A program made the translations under genes and the position numbers. Under the pieces are notes generated by a model. The model searched no databases. It was not told where the DNA came from and saw only the letters and a program-made list of their open reading frames with translations. Shown piece after piece: positions 14,260 through 26,744 of a stretch of DNA of 64,000 nucleotides. Numbering within the stretch: position 1 is the first letter of the stretch; each line of letters starts with the position of its first letter. The DNA lies in NCBI GenBank assembly GCA_963575745.1, contig CAUYUJ010000103.1, forward strand, positions 496,001-560,000, given 5' to 3'. The stretch is from Prorocentrum cordatum. Lineage: Eukaryota.

Positions 14260-16205
14260 AAAACCAAATTCGCCTGACGAAGGACCCAACCATATGCAGT
14301 TGCAAGTACCACAAGGCAGGTTGAACGAACGAGAGGGAACTTTCTATGGGGCCACGAAAAGTTTGAGGGGTGTGCCGACATGTGCGCGGTGGGCGCATAC
14401 GAACGCAGCCACTGGTGCCTTCGGTGGAGCTCCCTGTGGGGCCACGAAACGTGCAAGAGGTGTGCCGACATTGGTGCTGTGGGCGCATTGGAACGCAGCC
14501 ACTGGGGCCTTCGGTGGAGCTCCCTGTGGGGCCACGAAACGTGTGAGGGGTGTGCCAGAATGGGTGCGGTGGGCGCATGCGAGCGCAGCCACTGTGGCTT
14601 TCGCTGGGACTCCCTGTGGGGCCACGAAACGTGTGAGGGGTGTGCCGAAATGGGTGCGGTGGGCGCACGTGAACGCAGCCACTGTGGCCTTCGGTGGAGC
14701 TCCCTGTGGGGCCACGAAACGTGTGAGGGGGTGTGCCGAAATGGGTGCGGTGGGCGCATGCGAACGCAAGAATTGGAGCCTTCGGTGGAGCTCCCTGTGG
14801 GGCCACGAAACGTGTGAGGGGGTTGCCGAAATGGGTGCGGTGGGCGCATGTGAACGCAGCCACTGGTGCCTTCGGTGGAGCTCCCTATGGGGCCACGGAA
14901 CGTGTGAGGGGCGTGCCGAAATTGGTGCGGAGGGCGCATGTGAACGCAGCCATTGTGGCCTTCGGTGGAGCTCCCTGTGGGGCCACGAAACGTGTGAGGG
15001 GTGTGCTGACGTAGGTGCGGTGGGCGCACGTGAACGCAGCCACTGGCCTTCGGTGGAGCTCCCTGTGGGGCCACGAAGCGTGTGAGGGGTGTGCCGAAGT
15101 GGGCGCGTGTGAACGCAGCCACTGGTTCCTTCGGTGGAGTTTCTTATGAGGCCAAGAAACGTGTGAAAGGTGTGCCGAAATGGGTGCGGTGGGCGCATGC
15201 GAACGCAAGAATTGGAGCCTTCGGTGGAGCTCCCTGTGGGGCCACGAAACGTGTGAGGTGTGTGCCGAAATCGGTGCGGTGGGCGCACGTGAACGCAGCC
15301 ACTGTGGCCTTCGGTGGAGCTCCTTGTGGGGCCACGAAGCGTGTGAGGGGTGTGCCGAAATGGGTGCGGTGGGCGCATGCGAACGCAGCCATTGCTGCGT
15401 TCGGTGGAGCTCCCTATGGGGCCACGAAACGTGCGAGGGGTGATGGTGATGATGATGAGGATGGCCTTCGGTGGAGCTCCCTTTGGGGCCACGAAACGTG
15501 TGAGAGGCGTGCCGAAATAGGTGCGGTGGGCGCATGTAAACGCAGCCATTATGGTTTTCGGTGGAGCTCCCTGTGGGGCCACGAAACGTGTGAGGTGTGG
15601 GCCGAAATTGGTGCGGTGGGCGCATGTGAACGCAGCCATTGTGGCCTTCGGTGGAGCTCCCTATGGGGCCACGAAGCGTGTGAGGGGTGTGCCGAAATGG
15701 GCGCGGTGGGCGCATGCGAACGCAGCCACTGTGGCTTTCGGTGGGGCTCCCTGTGGGGCCACGAAGCGTGTGAGGGGTGTGCCGAAATGGGTGCGGTGGG
15801 CGCATGTAAACGCAGCCATTATGGCCTTCGGTGGGACCCCCTGTGGGGCCACGAAACGTGTGAGGTGTGTGTGCCGAAATCGGTGCGGTGGGCGCATGTG
15901 AACGCAGCCATTGTGGCCTTCTGTGGAGCTCCCTGTGGGGCCCAAAACGTGTGAAGAGTGTGCCGAAATGGGTGCGGTGGGCGCATGTGAACGCAGTCAC
16001 TGTGGCCTTCGGTGGAGCTCCCTATGGGGCCACGAAGCGTGTGAGGGGTGTGCCGAAGTGATGATGATGGTGATGATGATGATGGTGACGGTGATGCTGA
16101 TGATCGGGATGCTGATGATGGGGAGGGGGAGGGGGGGGCAGCGGGAGGAAGGACGCGGGCGCTGTCTGTTCAAAACGAGGGCCCAACACCAGAGGATAGT
16201 TGGGA
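14260..16205 (+). repeat. 90-bp satellite array (about 19 units, 14340-16058) inside a dispersed element with conserved ends
   Basis: Unit GTGGAGCTCCCTGTGGGGCCACGAAACGTGTGAGGGGTGTGCCGAAATGGGTGCGGTGGGCGCATG...; both flanks are shared with the 59.0-61.5 kb array. Confidence 0.9.
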
Positions 16206-16899
16206 AAAAACCAAACAACAGCAAACATACATATTGTTTCCTTGCATTCCAGACAACAAACCCAAGCACCCAACCTACACAGTGCTTCCTTGCACTGAAG
16301 GCACCAAACGCTGTCTGGTATTGCTTCTGTATTGCTGGGAGGAGGAGGAGGAGGAGGAGGAGGAGGAGAGGAGGAGGAGGAGGAGGAGGAGGAGGAGGAG
16401 GAGGAGGAGGAGGAGGAGGAGGGGAGGAGGAGGAGGAGGAGGAGGAGGAGGAGAGGAGGAGGAGGAGGAGGAGGAGGTTCACCGCCCATAGAGGGAGAGT
16501 CAAGGGGAGAGAAATGACAATTGGGGTGGGGGCGCCCTTCAGACGAGAACTTTTTGTTCCCGCCCGAGGCTGTGACCCACTTCGGACGGGCCCTGCCGAC
16601 AGGGCCCCCCACCCCCCAGAAACTTATCCTTCAGCCTCTGGGTCCGCGGCACCCGCAGAAGCTCGGTCCAGGAGCACCTGTCGACCAAGCACCTCGGCCT
16701 CCTCTCGGGAGCTGAAGCCACAAGCGAGCAGCACGGAATCAATGCCGAGGCGAGGCGCCACAGCTTGCTTCGAAAACGGGACGACCCTCGGCGCTCTTGG
16801 AGCCGACGCCGCCCCGACAGGGGCCTCCCCCAAATGCCTTGAGAAACGGCCCCTGGTCTCCGCCGACGCCCTGAAGGCCCGGGCGCCACCTGAGGGTGA

Positions 16900-18230
16900 G
16901 CCACAGGGTGAAAACCTTCACGCAGCATTTTCCTGACGGTGTACGCCGACCCCCCCGAGATCTTCTTGGGCCCCTTGCATGGCCCAGTGAGACCTCGCTG
17001 CATGGGGATGGTCGCATACTGCCAGCAGGACGGGCAATCAATTATTGGAACGTCATCTGGCACCGAGCTCTTATCAATACAGTGACCGTTCACACGCCAG
17101 GGCTGGACACCCTTGCCCCGAAGCCATTCGGGGTCTTCTGAGGCGGGCCCTGGATGATCCCCAGCAGGCGCAGCAGCAGGAGGCTCGAGAGGAGGGAGGG
17201 CCATATCGTGGGACTCCGCCTCAGGAACATCTGGAACCGCAAAACCGTGGTAGTCAACAGTCCCCAAGTCGATTTTCTTGAGGTAATCAACTCCCGCATT
17301 GTCGCGGGTGCCCGCCGTGGCCATCGAGGCCGACAACTGGGCCGAAAACTTGGCCGCAAGCCTGGCGATCAACTGGCACCATTCGGCAAATTCAACATCT
17401 GCCGTGGCGGCTCTCGCTGAGGCCGCTCCTTTTTTCGCGAAGCTATCTGCAGCATTGTTGCCGTCTCGGTCGAACGCCGAGATCTGATCGCGCTCAACCG
17501 CAATGGCCGACGTGTGGGCCTTGACGTGCTCGAGAGACCGAGCACAACAATCCTGTCGCACATGCACCTGCCTCCACAGGTGGGCTCGCGGGTTGCACGG
17601 GGACGTGGACATTCGGGGCGACTGACAGCAGCTTAGTGTACCTTTGCAATCGGCCCTGACTGAATACAAACCCAGAAGGCACTGGGAACACATTAGCATC
17701 GCAAAGTCTCCTCCATCTCGGGCCGTGCCCGTGATTCCAAACCCTGGTGGCACAGCTCCGAACATGGCACCGACATGGCGCCTATCACTATCGTGGGCTA
17801 CAACACTCCAACCCGCTACTCGCGAGGTCGGCTGATGTTGATCAAGCCCCGAGCCATCCGTGAAAGCAAACCCTCCATCCAGGAGGTAGGGCAGCCCGAG
17901 GGATCCCCAGACGCAGCGCCCCCAGCTCGGATCGAAAGGTGGTCGACGCACACGCGCTGGCCAGGCTCAGGAAACAATCCTCGCGCGGACCTTTCCTTCC
18001 CAGTTGGAGAGGGCCATCATTGATTCTGGCAACAGACCTGCACAGCCCTCATTGGCATGTAATCTCTCCGAGACTGCTCAGGACCAGGGCATGCGTAGCA
18101 TCCGTGACACATCGCGCCCCTTTCTCTTCCTGGCGCAGCTGGGAGACCTCGGGGATCGTCCGCTCCCGATCGTGGGAGCCTGCCTCGGGCCCAGAGAGAC
18201 CCTGACATCAGCCCCCGAAGCGCGTCCTGC
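16900..18230 (-). pseudogene. 5'-truncated non-LTR retrotransposon (LINE) remnant: degenerate Cys/His finger, RNase H and C-terminal Cys motif
   Basis: ORF 16539..17951(-) contains FTDGS (17850-17864), ADC, HVKAH and GNNAADSFAK RNase H motifs. The expected catalytic Glu reads Gly (RDGGDFA). Upstream GSLWARGRL...H..Y.CP finger-like segment is frameshifted. No RT is present. Confidence 0.8.
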
Positions 18231-18500
18231 TCGCGGCGGCCCGGGGTCTCCGACCAGTCCGAACACGGCAGCTCCAGGAGGGGCCTCCGGCGCAAATGCG
18301 CGGCCCGCGCGTCGTCCTGCGGCCCGAGAGCCCCTCCTCCTCCTCCTCCTCCTCCTCCTCCTCCTCCTCCTCCTCCTCCTCCTCCTCCTCTTCTGCTATC
18401 CGAGGCCCTTCGCGCCGAGAACGAGATCTAAGACGCGATGCAAGCCGGCGAGAACAATCGGAGGTCCCACTCCGCCCCCCGATCGTCAACCGCCGTCGCA

Positions 18501-18600
18501 NNNNNNNNNNNNNNNNNNNNNNNNNNNNNNNNNNNNNNNNNNNNNNNNNNNNNNNNNNNNNNNNNNNNNNNNNNNNNNNNNNNNNNNNNNNNNNNNNNNN
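18501..18600. other. Assembly gap (100 N)
   Basis: Run of N. Confidence 1.
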
Positions 18601-18759
18601 CCTCCTCCTCCTCCTCCTCCTCCTCCTCCTCCTCCTCCTCCTACTCCTCCAGGGGGGCAGACGGGGGGGGAGGGGCGTGCCTTCTCGGGGGGCTCGGAAA
18701 AGACCCCCGGCCTCCCGAGAAGCTCCCCCCATTATCAGGGGCAACGATCGGGCATAGGG

Positions 18760-18919
18760 TTAGGTCGGGCCAGTCCCTCTACAGAAGAAGTATTCGAAAG
18801 TAGTCGAAAAATTGTACGGGGAGGACGTTTCGACTGATCTTGACCATTTGGGGAGCATTTGTTGACTATGGTTAATTTTTTGTCCAAAATCCCCCTGCAG
18901 GAGGACGCGCCCGACCTAA
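18760..18919. mobile_element. MITE family 1 copy
   Basis: TTAGGTCGGGC...GCCCGACCTAA; TSD GCATAGGG at 18752-18759 and 18920-18927. Confidence 0.8.
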
Positions 18920-20960
18920 GCATAGGGGGGGTGCATCGGCCCCCGATCGCCCAGTGATCGCCGAGAGGGGCCCAACAGCCCCAACCTGCCCAGGAACGTG
19001 CGGATTCACTGTCCGAGGCTCATCGCCGATGTATCGCCGATGTATCGCCGATTCCAGGCCGATGTGTCCCCCCCTATGCCAGCCCCCACTCTATCGTTGC
19101 CCCTCACCCCGGCCTTCCCCGAAGCCGCATGGGGGGCTCCCCAGAAGGTCGGAGGGGGCTCCCGAGAAGCCCCGCCGCCCCCCGAGAAGGCCTGCCCCCT
19201 CTCGCGCATCCCATCGGCGCGCCGCTGAGGCGCGCGCGCGCGCCCCTGCTTCCAGGGGGGAAAAAAAGCCACCTCGACCCCGACAGCTGGCATTTACCGA
19301 ACGGCCCTGGGCCTTTACGAAGCAGCCCTGCCCTGCTCGATTCCTTCATTTTGGGCGCGTTGGCTGAGCGGTCTCGCTTTTTATCGGGGCGATTCTTCTG
19401 GGAGTGGCCGTTCTGATCCGTTCTGCTCTTCGCTGCTGCTATCCATGGCCACTGCGTCTTGGACTTTCCGAGGCGGCGCGCCAGAAGGCCGAGGCGCCAA
19501 GGGGGTGGACAGACATCTGGCCTCCAGCGGCCAGACGTTAGTCCATGCCCACAGCGCCCTTTGCATCTGGGGACGGGAGTCCCGAGTTCCAGGGCGCAGT
19601 GGGTGCGGAGCCACGGCCTTCTGCAGTGGGACGCGCGCCGAAGGAAGAGCGGGAGGCCACGATGTCAGACAGATCCTCGTGGCCCGGGCCACGATGTCCG
19701 CACACCTCTGCAGTCGAGCTCGCTGATGAGGGAGGGGGAAGGATGGATAAGGAGGAGGAGGAGGAGGAAGAAGAGGAGGGAGAGTTCGCTCGCTGTTCAC
19801 ATCGGCTCGCCAGGGAGCAGTCGCCCGCCTGCAGGGGGCCCCCCCGCAAGGAGCTCAGCGACAGCCTGCAGGAGCTGCGAAACGTGCAGGACCTGGAGGA
19901 CGGCGGCCCAGCCTCCGCGCCCAAGTATCGCGCTCGGGGCGCGCTCGCCTCCCGGGGGGCCTCTCACCCGTCGACGCCACCGGGGAGGAGGCACCGGCGG
20001 CGGCGGCGGGAGGTGGGAGGGCAGGCGGGGGAGGGGGAGGAGGAGGAGGAGGAGGAGGAGGAGGAGGAGGAGGAGGAGGAGGAGGAGGGAGGGAGGAGGA
20101 GGAGGAGGAGGGAGGAGGAGGAAGAAGAAGAAGAGAAGAATAAGAAGAAGAAATACGAATAATAAGAAGCATAATAAGAAGAAGAAGAAAAGAAGAAGCA
20201 GAAGCAGAAGAAGAAGAAGAAGAAGAGGAGGAGGAGGAGGAGGAGGAGGAGGAGGAGGAGGGGGAGGAGGGGGAGGAGGGGGGCGAGGGGGTGGGAAGGC
20301 GGAGGGGAGGTGGGAGGGAGGAGGGAGGGGGTGGGTGGAAGAAGGAGGTGGGGTGGGGAGGGGGGGGAAGGAAGGGGTGGAGTCGCGTTTTGGCGGCCTC
20401 TTGGAGGTTCGACGGGGGCTTTTCGGGGCCTTCTGGGGGCGTAGGGCCTCTGCGGGGAATATTGGGGGACCGCCGTGGGATGTAGGGTTCGAAGGCGCCG
20501 TCGGATTCTCCCTCTTGGGGCCCTCTTGGAGCTTGTTGGACCCGGAAGAGGTTTTCGGGCCGTATTGGAGCGATCTTGGAGGCCCCGGGAGAGTTCCCAG
20601 ACGGGCCCCGCACTCGCACCACAATTTCCACGGATTATGTTTTTGTTGCCCTCCGGTTGTTCGCTCTTTGAAACCAAGCGAGTGGTATGGGGTGAAGTAT
20701 TATTTCTGTCGTCGTTCCAGCAGTGTGGTGTGATTCGATTCAAGCGATATCCTTCGTTTCTCAACCGGGGTGATTATGTGTGTGGTGGAGGGTGGAGGAG
20801 TGGTTTGTCGAATTATGAGAGACTGAAGTATTGTTGTGCGGAATGTGATTTGTAGTTATTCCTGGTTTTTGGGTTCAACGTGTAGAGACCCCGCATCCTG
20901 ATACCGACAGTAAACTTTTCCCGCGCACGAGCAAGATACCTCCAATGCCTTCAAGACCCC

Positions 20961-22114
20961 TCACATAGCCCGATACCAGTCCATCTCATATCTTAGTGCG
21001 ATCGAGGCTAGTTGAACGCTGGGAAGACCAACCTCACCATCGCGACACAAGGCCAGGGCATCGGGACACTCAGGAACGAGCTGATCAAGAATGTTTGCAC
21101 AATCGCGCAGTCTGGCATCAAGGCTCCTACGAATGCCATGGAGTGAATTTGAGGCGGTATAATATTGAGTAGTTGTCAGTTTGGAACTGGCTCTTACTTC
21201 ACGTAGGTGGACTCGGGCAATGCGCCTGTAGCCAACGAAACAATGGCGACCAGCAGTGCGTCTTGGAGTGTGGCGCTGGAATCTCCCTCACAACGCATCT
21301 GGACACGGCAATTGTGCGTTGGAAGGGCCAGCGCGGCACCACCTTTACAAACGTGGGCCATTCCGAGTTTTTGCACGCGCGCCGCTTGAAGGAGCAGGTC
21401 AAGACGCACAAGGTGTTCATCGGCGTCCCCATCGACAGAATCTATTCCTCGTCCGTGACGGATGCGTGCATGATCGATGCGCATCGGATCTTCCACATCA
21501 AGATCACGGCTAGCAAGACAGGATCCGTTTTGACGAACAGCCTCATCACAACGCCCAGCACCACGGCCTTCACGGGGTCCATGACAGCAAGCGACGACGT
21601 CCTTGTCATAGGTTCTCGTCGGAACCGCCTTATATTTCGCATGTCATTTTTGGGAAAAGGCGTGGGCGATCAGCGACAACAGACACGACGATCAGCACAT
21701 ATGAGAGCCCGGCGTCATCAGATCTTTCACTGTGCAGGAGGAAGCCTTGGGGCGCTCCACTACGTGCTGAAGGCACGGTGGCGGACGTTGTGCGGCCACA
21801 GCTGGGCGACAGACCGTCACAGGCGGTCGATGACAAACCCGTGAGAAATCTTGATGCACCTCACAGTGGTCACGCAATGTCGTGAACCAAGCGACATCGA
21901 GGATCCGATCCAGTGGAGCGGAAGCGGGTGCGACTTTGCCGTGCACCGGTTCTTCCAGGAGCACTTGCATCAGATCGACGGGCTCCACGTCTGGAGCGAT
22001 GAGGGGTCGTTCAACCGGACTCGGAAGCACAGGGGTCGTGATCAGGTTGGTCCCGTTGGCCACCGCCGCAGAGTACCACGAGCAGGTCGCTCTTTCCATG
22101 CCAGCCGAGGTCAC
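20961..22114 (-). pseudogene. Possible highly degenerate coding remnant with tyrosine-recombinase-like motifs
   Basis: Non-repetitive island with fragmented frames. Motif-like order on the minus strand: AVILMWKIR (about 21490), RRACKN or SKT, SLHGIRR (HGIRR at 21126-21140), GWSS or LRY (about 20990). Requires several frameshifts. Confidence 0.25.
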
Positions 22115-25010
22115 GGTCTTGAGCGGATGGGTGTTGGTTTCAATTTTCTGATCGTTCTCGCAGCCGTCCTGTTCTTACCGATCGCGCGCCGAGCATACAT
22201 TTTCTGGCAGCACGAGCCGCGACGGCCCGAGGTCTCTCGGCAGTAAGGCGAGGCGGCTTGTGGAGCACAGCTGGGTGGCACTTACATCCACGTTACCCGC
22301 GGGGGCGTTCAAGCAATCGCGCTTCGCGCGTCGCGGTCTGGGCCAGAGCGGTGAGCCTTCTCCAAGAGGGCGGCGCTAGGGAGCCAAGCTCATCGCACAT
22401 CGCTGGGCGCGATGTGCGAAGTTAGGCGACCCAGTTGAACGCGATCAAATGAGACTGAACGGTGCCGTTTGAACGATCCGGTCAAGACGCATCACATTTG
22501 ATGTTGACCGTTTTCTCATTCAGATGTGCGTGAACCGGTTCCTCCTCTGAGGATCCTTCGTGCGGCTCTTTTCCTTCTTTTGTGATTCATATTGGTATCG
22601 TGTGCCGAGTGAGCTGTCCAGCAGGGAAGCCGAAGACGTTCAGTGGAATACCCTAGAATGGCGGGATCCGTTGATGCGGCCACATTCCCTTCTCATCCTG
22701 CTCCTCCCTGCTCATCCTGTGTCTTTGGGTGTTGGGACCGTGCCACAAGAGACTCCTCAATCTGACGGACATGGGTAGCCCTGAGTCTGCAGAGGAAGAG
22801 GTGGATGAGGGTCGCGCCAGGATCCTTCCATCATGTCGCCGCCCCCGACGGCCACAAGCCTGCCTCCCGGGATCATCGACGACCTGGCAAACCGGAAGGA
22901 GCGTTTTCTCTCGGAAGGGTCCGTGTTCCGGCTTTGGTCGAGGACGGCGGACGAGGAAGAAGGAGGGGGAATGGTGGAAGAAGGGAAGAAGACGGAAGAA
23001 GGAGGAACGAAGGAGGAACGAAGGAGGAACGAAGGAGGAACGAAGGAGTGTGAGGAAGAAGGAGGAAGAACGAGGAAGGAAGGAGGAAGGATGAGGAAAA
23101 TAGAGGGGAAGAGGAACGACGAAGTGTGAGTGTGGCAGTGGGGGAAGGGGGAGGAAGGTGGAGGGAGGAGGGTTGAGGGCAGAGGGAATGATGGAACACA
23201 GCATGCAGAGAGGCAGGGAGGAGGGAGGAGGGAGGAGGGAAGGAAAGCAGGGAGGGAGGAGCCGAGGAGGGAGCAGGGAGCAGGGAGGAGGGAGGAGGAG
23301 GACGACGACGGGAGGCGGGGAGCCAGCCTGCCAAGCTGGAGGCTGCTCCCGAGCCAGCTCGCATCAGGCCTGCGGCCGAGAGGCGTCTTGCACAGGGCGG
23401 CGTGCACTGGGGCCAGGGCCGCCTGCCGCGCCCACCTTCTGTGGGTGTCAGGCATCTCCTCCTCCTCCTCCTCCTCCTCCTCGTCCTCCTCCTCCTCCTC
23501 CTTCCCCTCCTCCTCCTCCTCCTCCTCCTCCTCCTCCTCCTCCTCCTCCTCCTCCTTCTTCCCCTTCCCCTCCTCCTTCTTCCCCTCCCCCTCCTCCTCC
23601 TCCTCCTCCTCCTCCTCCTCGTCCTCCTCCTCCTCCTCCTATTCCTCCTCCTCCTCCTCCTCCTCCTCCTCCCCAGGCAGTGTACAGTGGAGGCCCGTGC
23701 CGAGAAACACCCTGCTTTTGCTTCCAGGGCGCTCTGGGTTCTTGGGCTTCGATGGTCTTTTCCCGAGTAGCTAGTAGAGAGCCAAGGGGGCCTCAGATTA
23801 AGAAGCCGGCGCCGCAGGGTAGCCCCAGAGGTCGTTCTGGCTTCCGTGAAAGATCCCTGGAGAAGGCTGTCCGAGCCAGAAGCGTGTCCCGAGAGATGCT
23901 TCCTAAGCTTTTCCCAGCACGCGTGCCCGGAAGCTCCCCAGAAGGTCCTTTGGAAGCTCTCTCCAGGTCCTTCCAGAGTACTTCGACGGGCCTTTCCACG
24001 CCCCCTCGGGCGGTCTGCTACCCGGGTTTTGGGGCCTCGCAGCTTGCGATGGAGAGCGTGGCCTTCCCACACCGAGTGATCAGTGGACGTCCTGGGGCCT
24101 CAGGGTTGGGTTTCTTGTGGGCGGTCTCTTGTGGACTGGCCTCCGCTGTGCGCTCGGGAACTTGGCGCGTCGCTCGGCCGGTCTGGGCCCACGACGCTGC
24201 GGCGCGGCACGCTATCCACTTTCGAGTCCGCAGGCGTCCGCGTCCAGAGCCCTTCCCGAGCCTCCCGCCCCGCGGAGCGGAGCGACACGGGATCCGCTCA
24301 CAGGTCGAGTCGGAGGTCGACTGCAGAATTGACGCACCCCGAAGTTCAGAGCGTCGTCGAGCCTGCGAAGCACGCGTGCGTGGGCTGTGCGCGGATCCAC
24401 GGCATTCTGCGGACCCGTTTTCTGCAGATTCGGTGGGGCAGCACTGCTGTTGGGGCAGGTCAGTTCTGCAGCCGATCCCCCGCTCGAGCAGGGGGCAGCG
24501 TTAGGGGGCCACATGCGAACCCTACCCCATACCTTCCACGATTTCTCCTCGGCCTCCTTCTCCTCCTCCTCCTCCTCCTCCTCCTCCTCCTCCTCCTCCT
24601 CCTCCTCCTCCCCCTTCTCCTCCTCCTCCTCCTCCTCCTCCTCCTCCTCCTCCTCCTCCTCCTCCCTCCGTGGACCCTTTTAGGGGGCCACAAGCGAACC
24701 TTACCCCATACCTCCCACGATTTCTGAGGGGGAGGGCGGGGTTCACTTCGCTCGGGAGCTCCCGAACGAAGGGAACCCCACCCTCCCCCTCAGAAATCGT
24801 AGGGGGTAGGGGTAGGGTTCGCATCTGGCTCCCCAGCAGCCGATCCACCTGCTCGAGCAGGGGGCAGCGCGTCGCCGGGGCCGCCGCCGCGGCCCGCCGT
24901 GCAGAGGTTCCCGGCCGCGCGGGCGTGCCAGAGAGGGCTCCGCCCTCGGCACGCCTGAGGGCCGGCAGGCGGGCGGAGAGGGAGGCCGAAGCGAGAGTTG
25001 GGCTGGGCCT

Positions 25011-25455
25011 CCCTGACTCCGGATCCGCCCTACGGTAGGTTCGCGTCGTGTCGACCAGCGGCGACCCCAGCGCGGGCGTTCAAGGTTGAACGCCGCCGGC
25101 GACCCAGAATCGATCGATGTTGAACGATCGGACGTTGCGGCAGCGGCCGATCGTTCAAGGTTGAACGATCACCGCTGTGTCACAAACCATTGCCAGGGTC
25201 GTCACGACACGAACCTGCCCTACTCTGGCTTTTTTTCCAGCTTAAAATTGCGTCGGAAATCCACAAGAGGCCGAAAAAGTAGGGCGGGGATTTCTGCACC
25301 CAGCATACAATAGGGCGAACATCCACATGAGTAGGGCGGAAATGACGAAAGAAAAGTAGGGCGGAAATTGGCATCAGCGGGGCTTGAAAAGTAAGGCGGA
25401 AATTCCAAGCCCTACTTACGAATTTCCCCAAAGTAGGGCGGATCCGGAGTCAGGG
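25011..25455. mobile_element. Non-autonomous DNA transposon, 445 bp, perfect 23-bp TIRs, flanked by 24-bp direct repeats
   Basis: CCCTGACTCCGGATCCGCCCTAC (25011-25033) and its exact reverse complement (25433-25455). Flanks 24987-25010 and 25456-25479 match 22/24. Subterminal GTAGGGCGG repeats at the right end. Confidence 0.85.
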
Positions 25456-25466
25456 CGAAGCGAGAG

Positions 25467-25631
25467 TCAGGCTGGGCCTGTCCCTCTGCGGGGGGGAAGA
25501 TTCAGAAATACCCCCACAAAAAATAGCCGGGGGACGATTATTTGGCCTTTCTGTGGCCATGTTGGAGTTTGTTTTGAGCATTCGTTAGTTTTCGTCGAAG
25601 GCCCGCCTGTAGGGGAGCATGCCCGACTTGA
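25467..25631. mobile_element. MITE family 1 copy whose left TIR was the target of the 445-bp element
   Basis: GGGCCTGTCCCTCTGC...CTGTAGGGGAGCATGCCCGACTTGA. Confidence 0.65.
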
Positions 25632-26602
25632 CCGAGGTGAGAGATGAGGCGGCTCCGCCGGCGGGGGGTTGGCGGGAAGGGGCGGAAGTGAAGGCGAGGC
25701 TCGAGGAAGAAAAGACCACACAGACGTGAATGTTTGGCGCTTCGCGCGGAGTTCTTGGATCGGCGCTGGGCCCTCCTGGCGGCGCCTCCGGCGCCGCCCC
25801 TGGCGCGCTCCGCGCGCCAGGGAGGGTGATCCAGCGCAGATCCAAGAAATCCGCGCGGAGCGCCAACAGTTTATGTTTGTGGCGTTTTTTTTTCTAGAGA
25901 CGCCACTTTTTCTGGCAAACGTAAGACTCGAGTACGCCGGGACTCGGGTTTGCCGGCGCGTTTTGGCCAGCGCGTCCCAGATTTTGACGGTCCAGTTTTC
26001 GTGGGATGTTTGCGGGAGCTCGCGTCAACTTTCAGATTGGGTCTCATCATTTTCATGATGGCCCCGTCAGGCCAACCCGAGTCCCCCGAACCCGAGTCTT
26101 ACGTATCCCAGACCTTTCTGGATCTGGCTTCTGGAGTCTGCCAGGTGCTTTTCTCCCCTTTCTCTTCCCCATCCCCACATTCTCCCTCCTCATCCTCGTC
26201 CTCCATCTCCCTGTCCTGGGCCTTGCCAAGGCTTCGAGGCCTCCAGTACAGAGGCCTAGAAATGCAGACCTCCATCACGGTATGAAGATTGTTGTTCAAC
26301 CAGTGTGAAAGTTTGTGGAGGCTCGGGAGACTTCTAGAGGCCCAGAAGGGATGTAGGGAGGATGGTAATGTGCATGGGGGGACAAGGATTAAGAGGATTG
26401 TGGAAAGATGGGGCAACATCCACGCACGGGGATTTCACATTCAGGAGACTCATGGTGCACAAGTGCACGGCCGTGTCGCCAAGTGCAATCACCGCGAAAC
26501 AGAGGAACGCCAGCGCGACGCCTGGGCAACGGCGATCCGCCATCCGAGCAATGCCACGTCAGCAGCACAGCTCAAGTCACAGACTGCGGACCTGGAGGGG
26601 AA

Positions 26603-26744
26603 ACCTGTCCCCCTACAGGCGAATTTTGGAGGGAAAATAATCCAACAAAATTCAAAATCGTCAAAAATCAAATCAAACATCGTCCCTAGACTATTTTTAA
26701 CTATTTTTGAATATTCCTCCTGTAGAGGGACAGGCCCGACTTAA
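26603..26744. mobile_element. MITE family 1 copy, left tip missing
   Basis: CCTGTCCCCCTACAGG...CCTGTAGAGGGACAGGCCCGACTTAA. Confidence 0.6.

Noticed and set aside
11990..16058. CRISPR arrays (31-bp and 90-bp periodic regions)
   Set aside because: Whole units are homologous, with no unique spacers and no cas genes.
14144..16061. 30-aa repeat proteins (GGAPCGATKRVRG...)
   Set aside because: Translations of a 90-bp satellite, open in many frames, with indels between units.
16539..16900. C-terminal extension of the 470-aa LINE ORF
   Set aside because: Low-complexity read-through after the GFHP motif; probably 3' UTR or frameshifted sequence.
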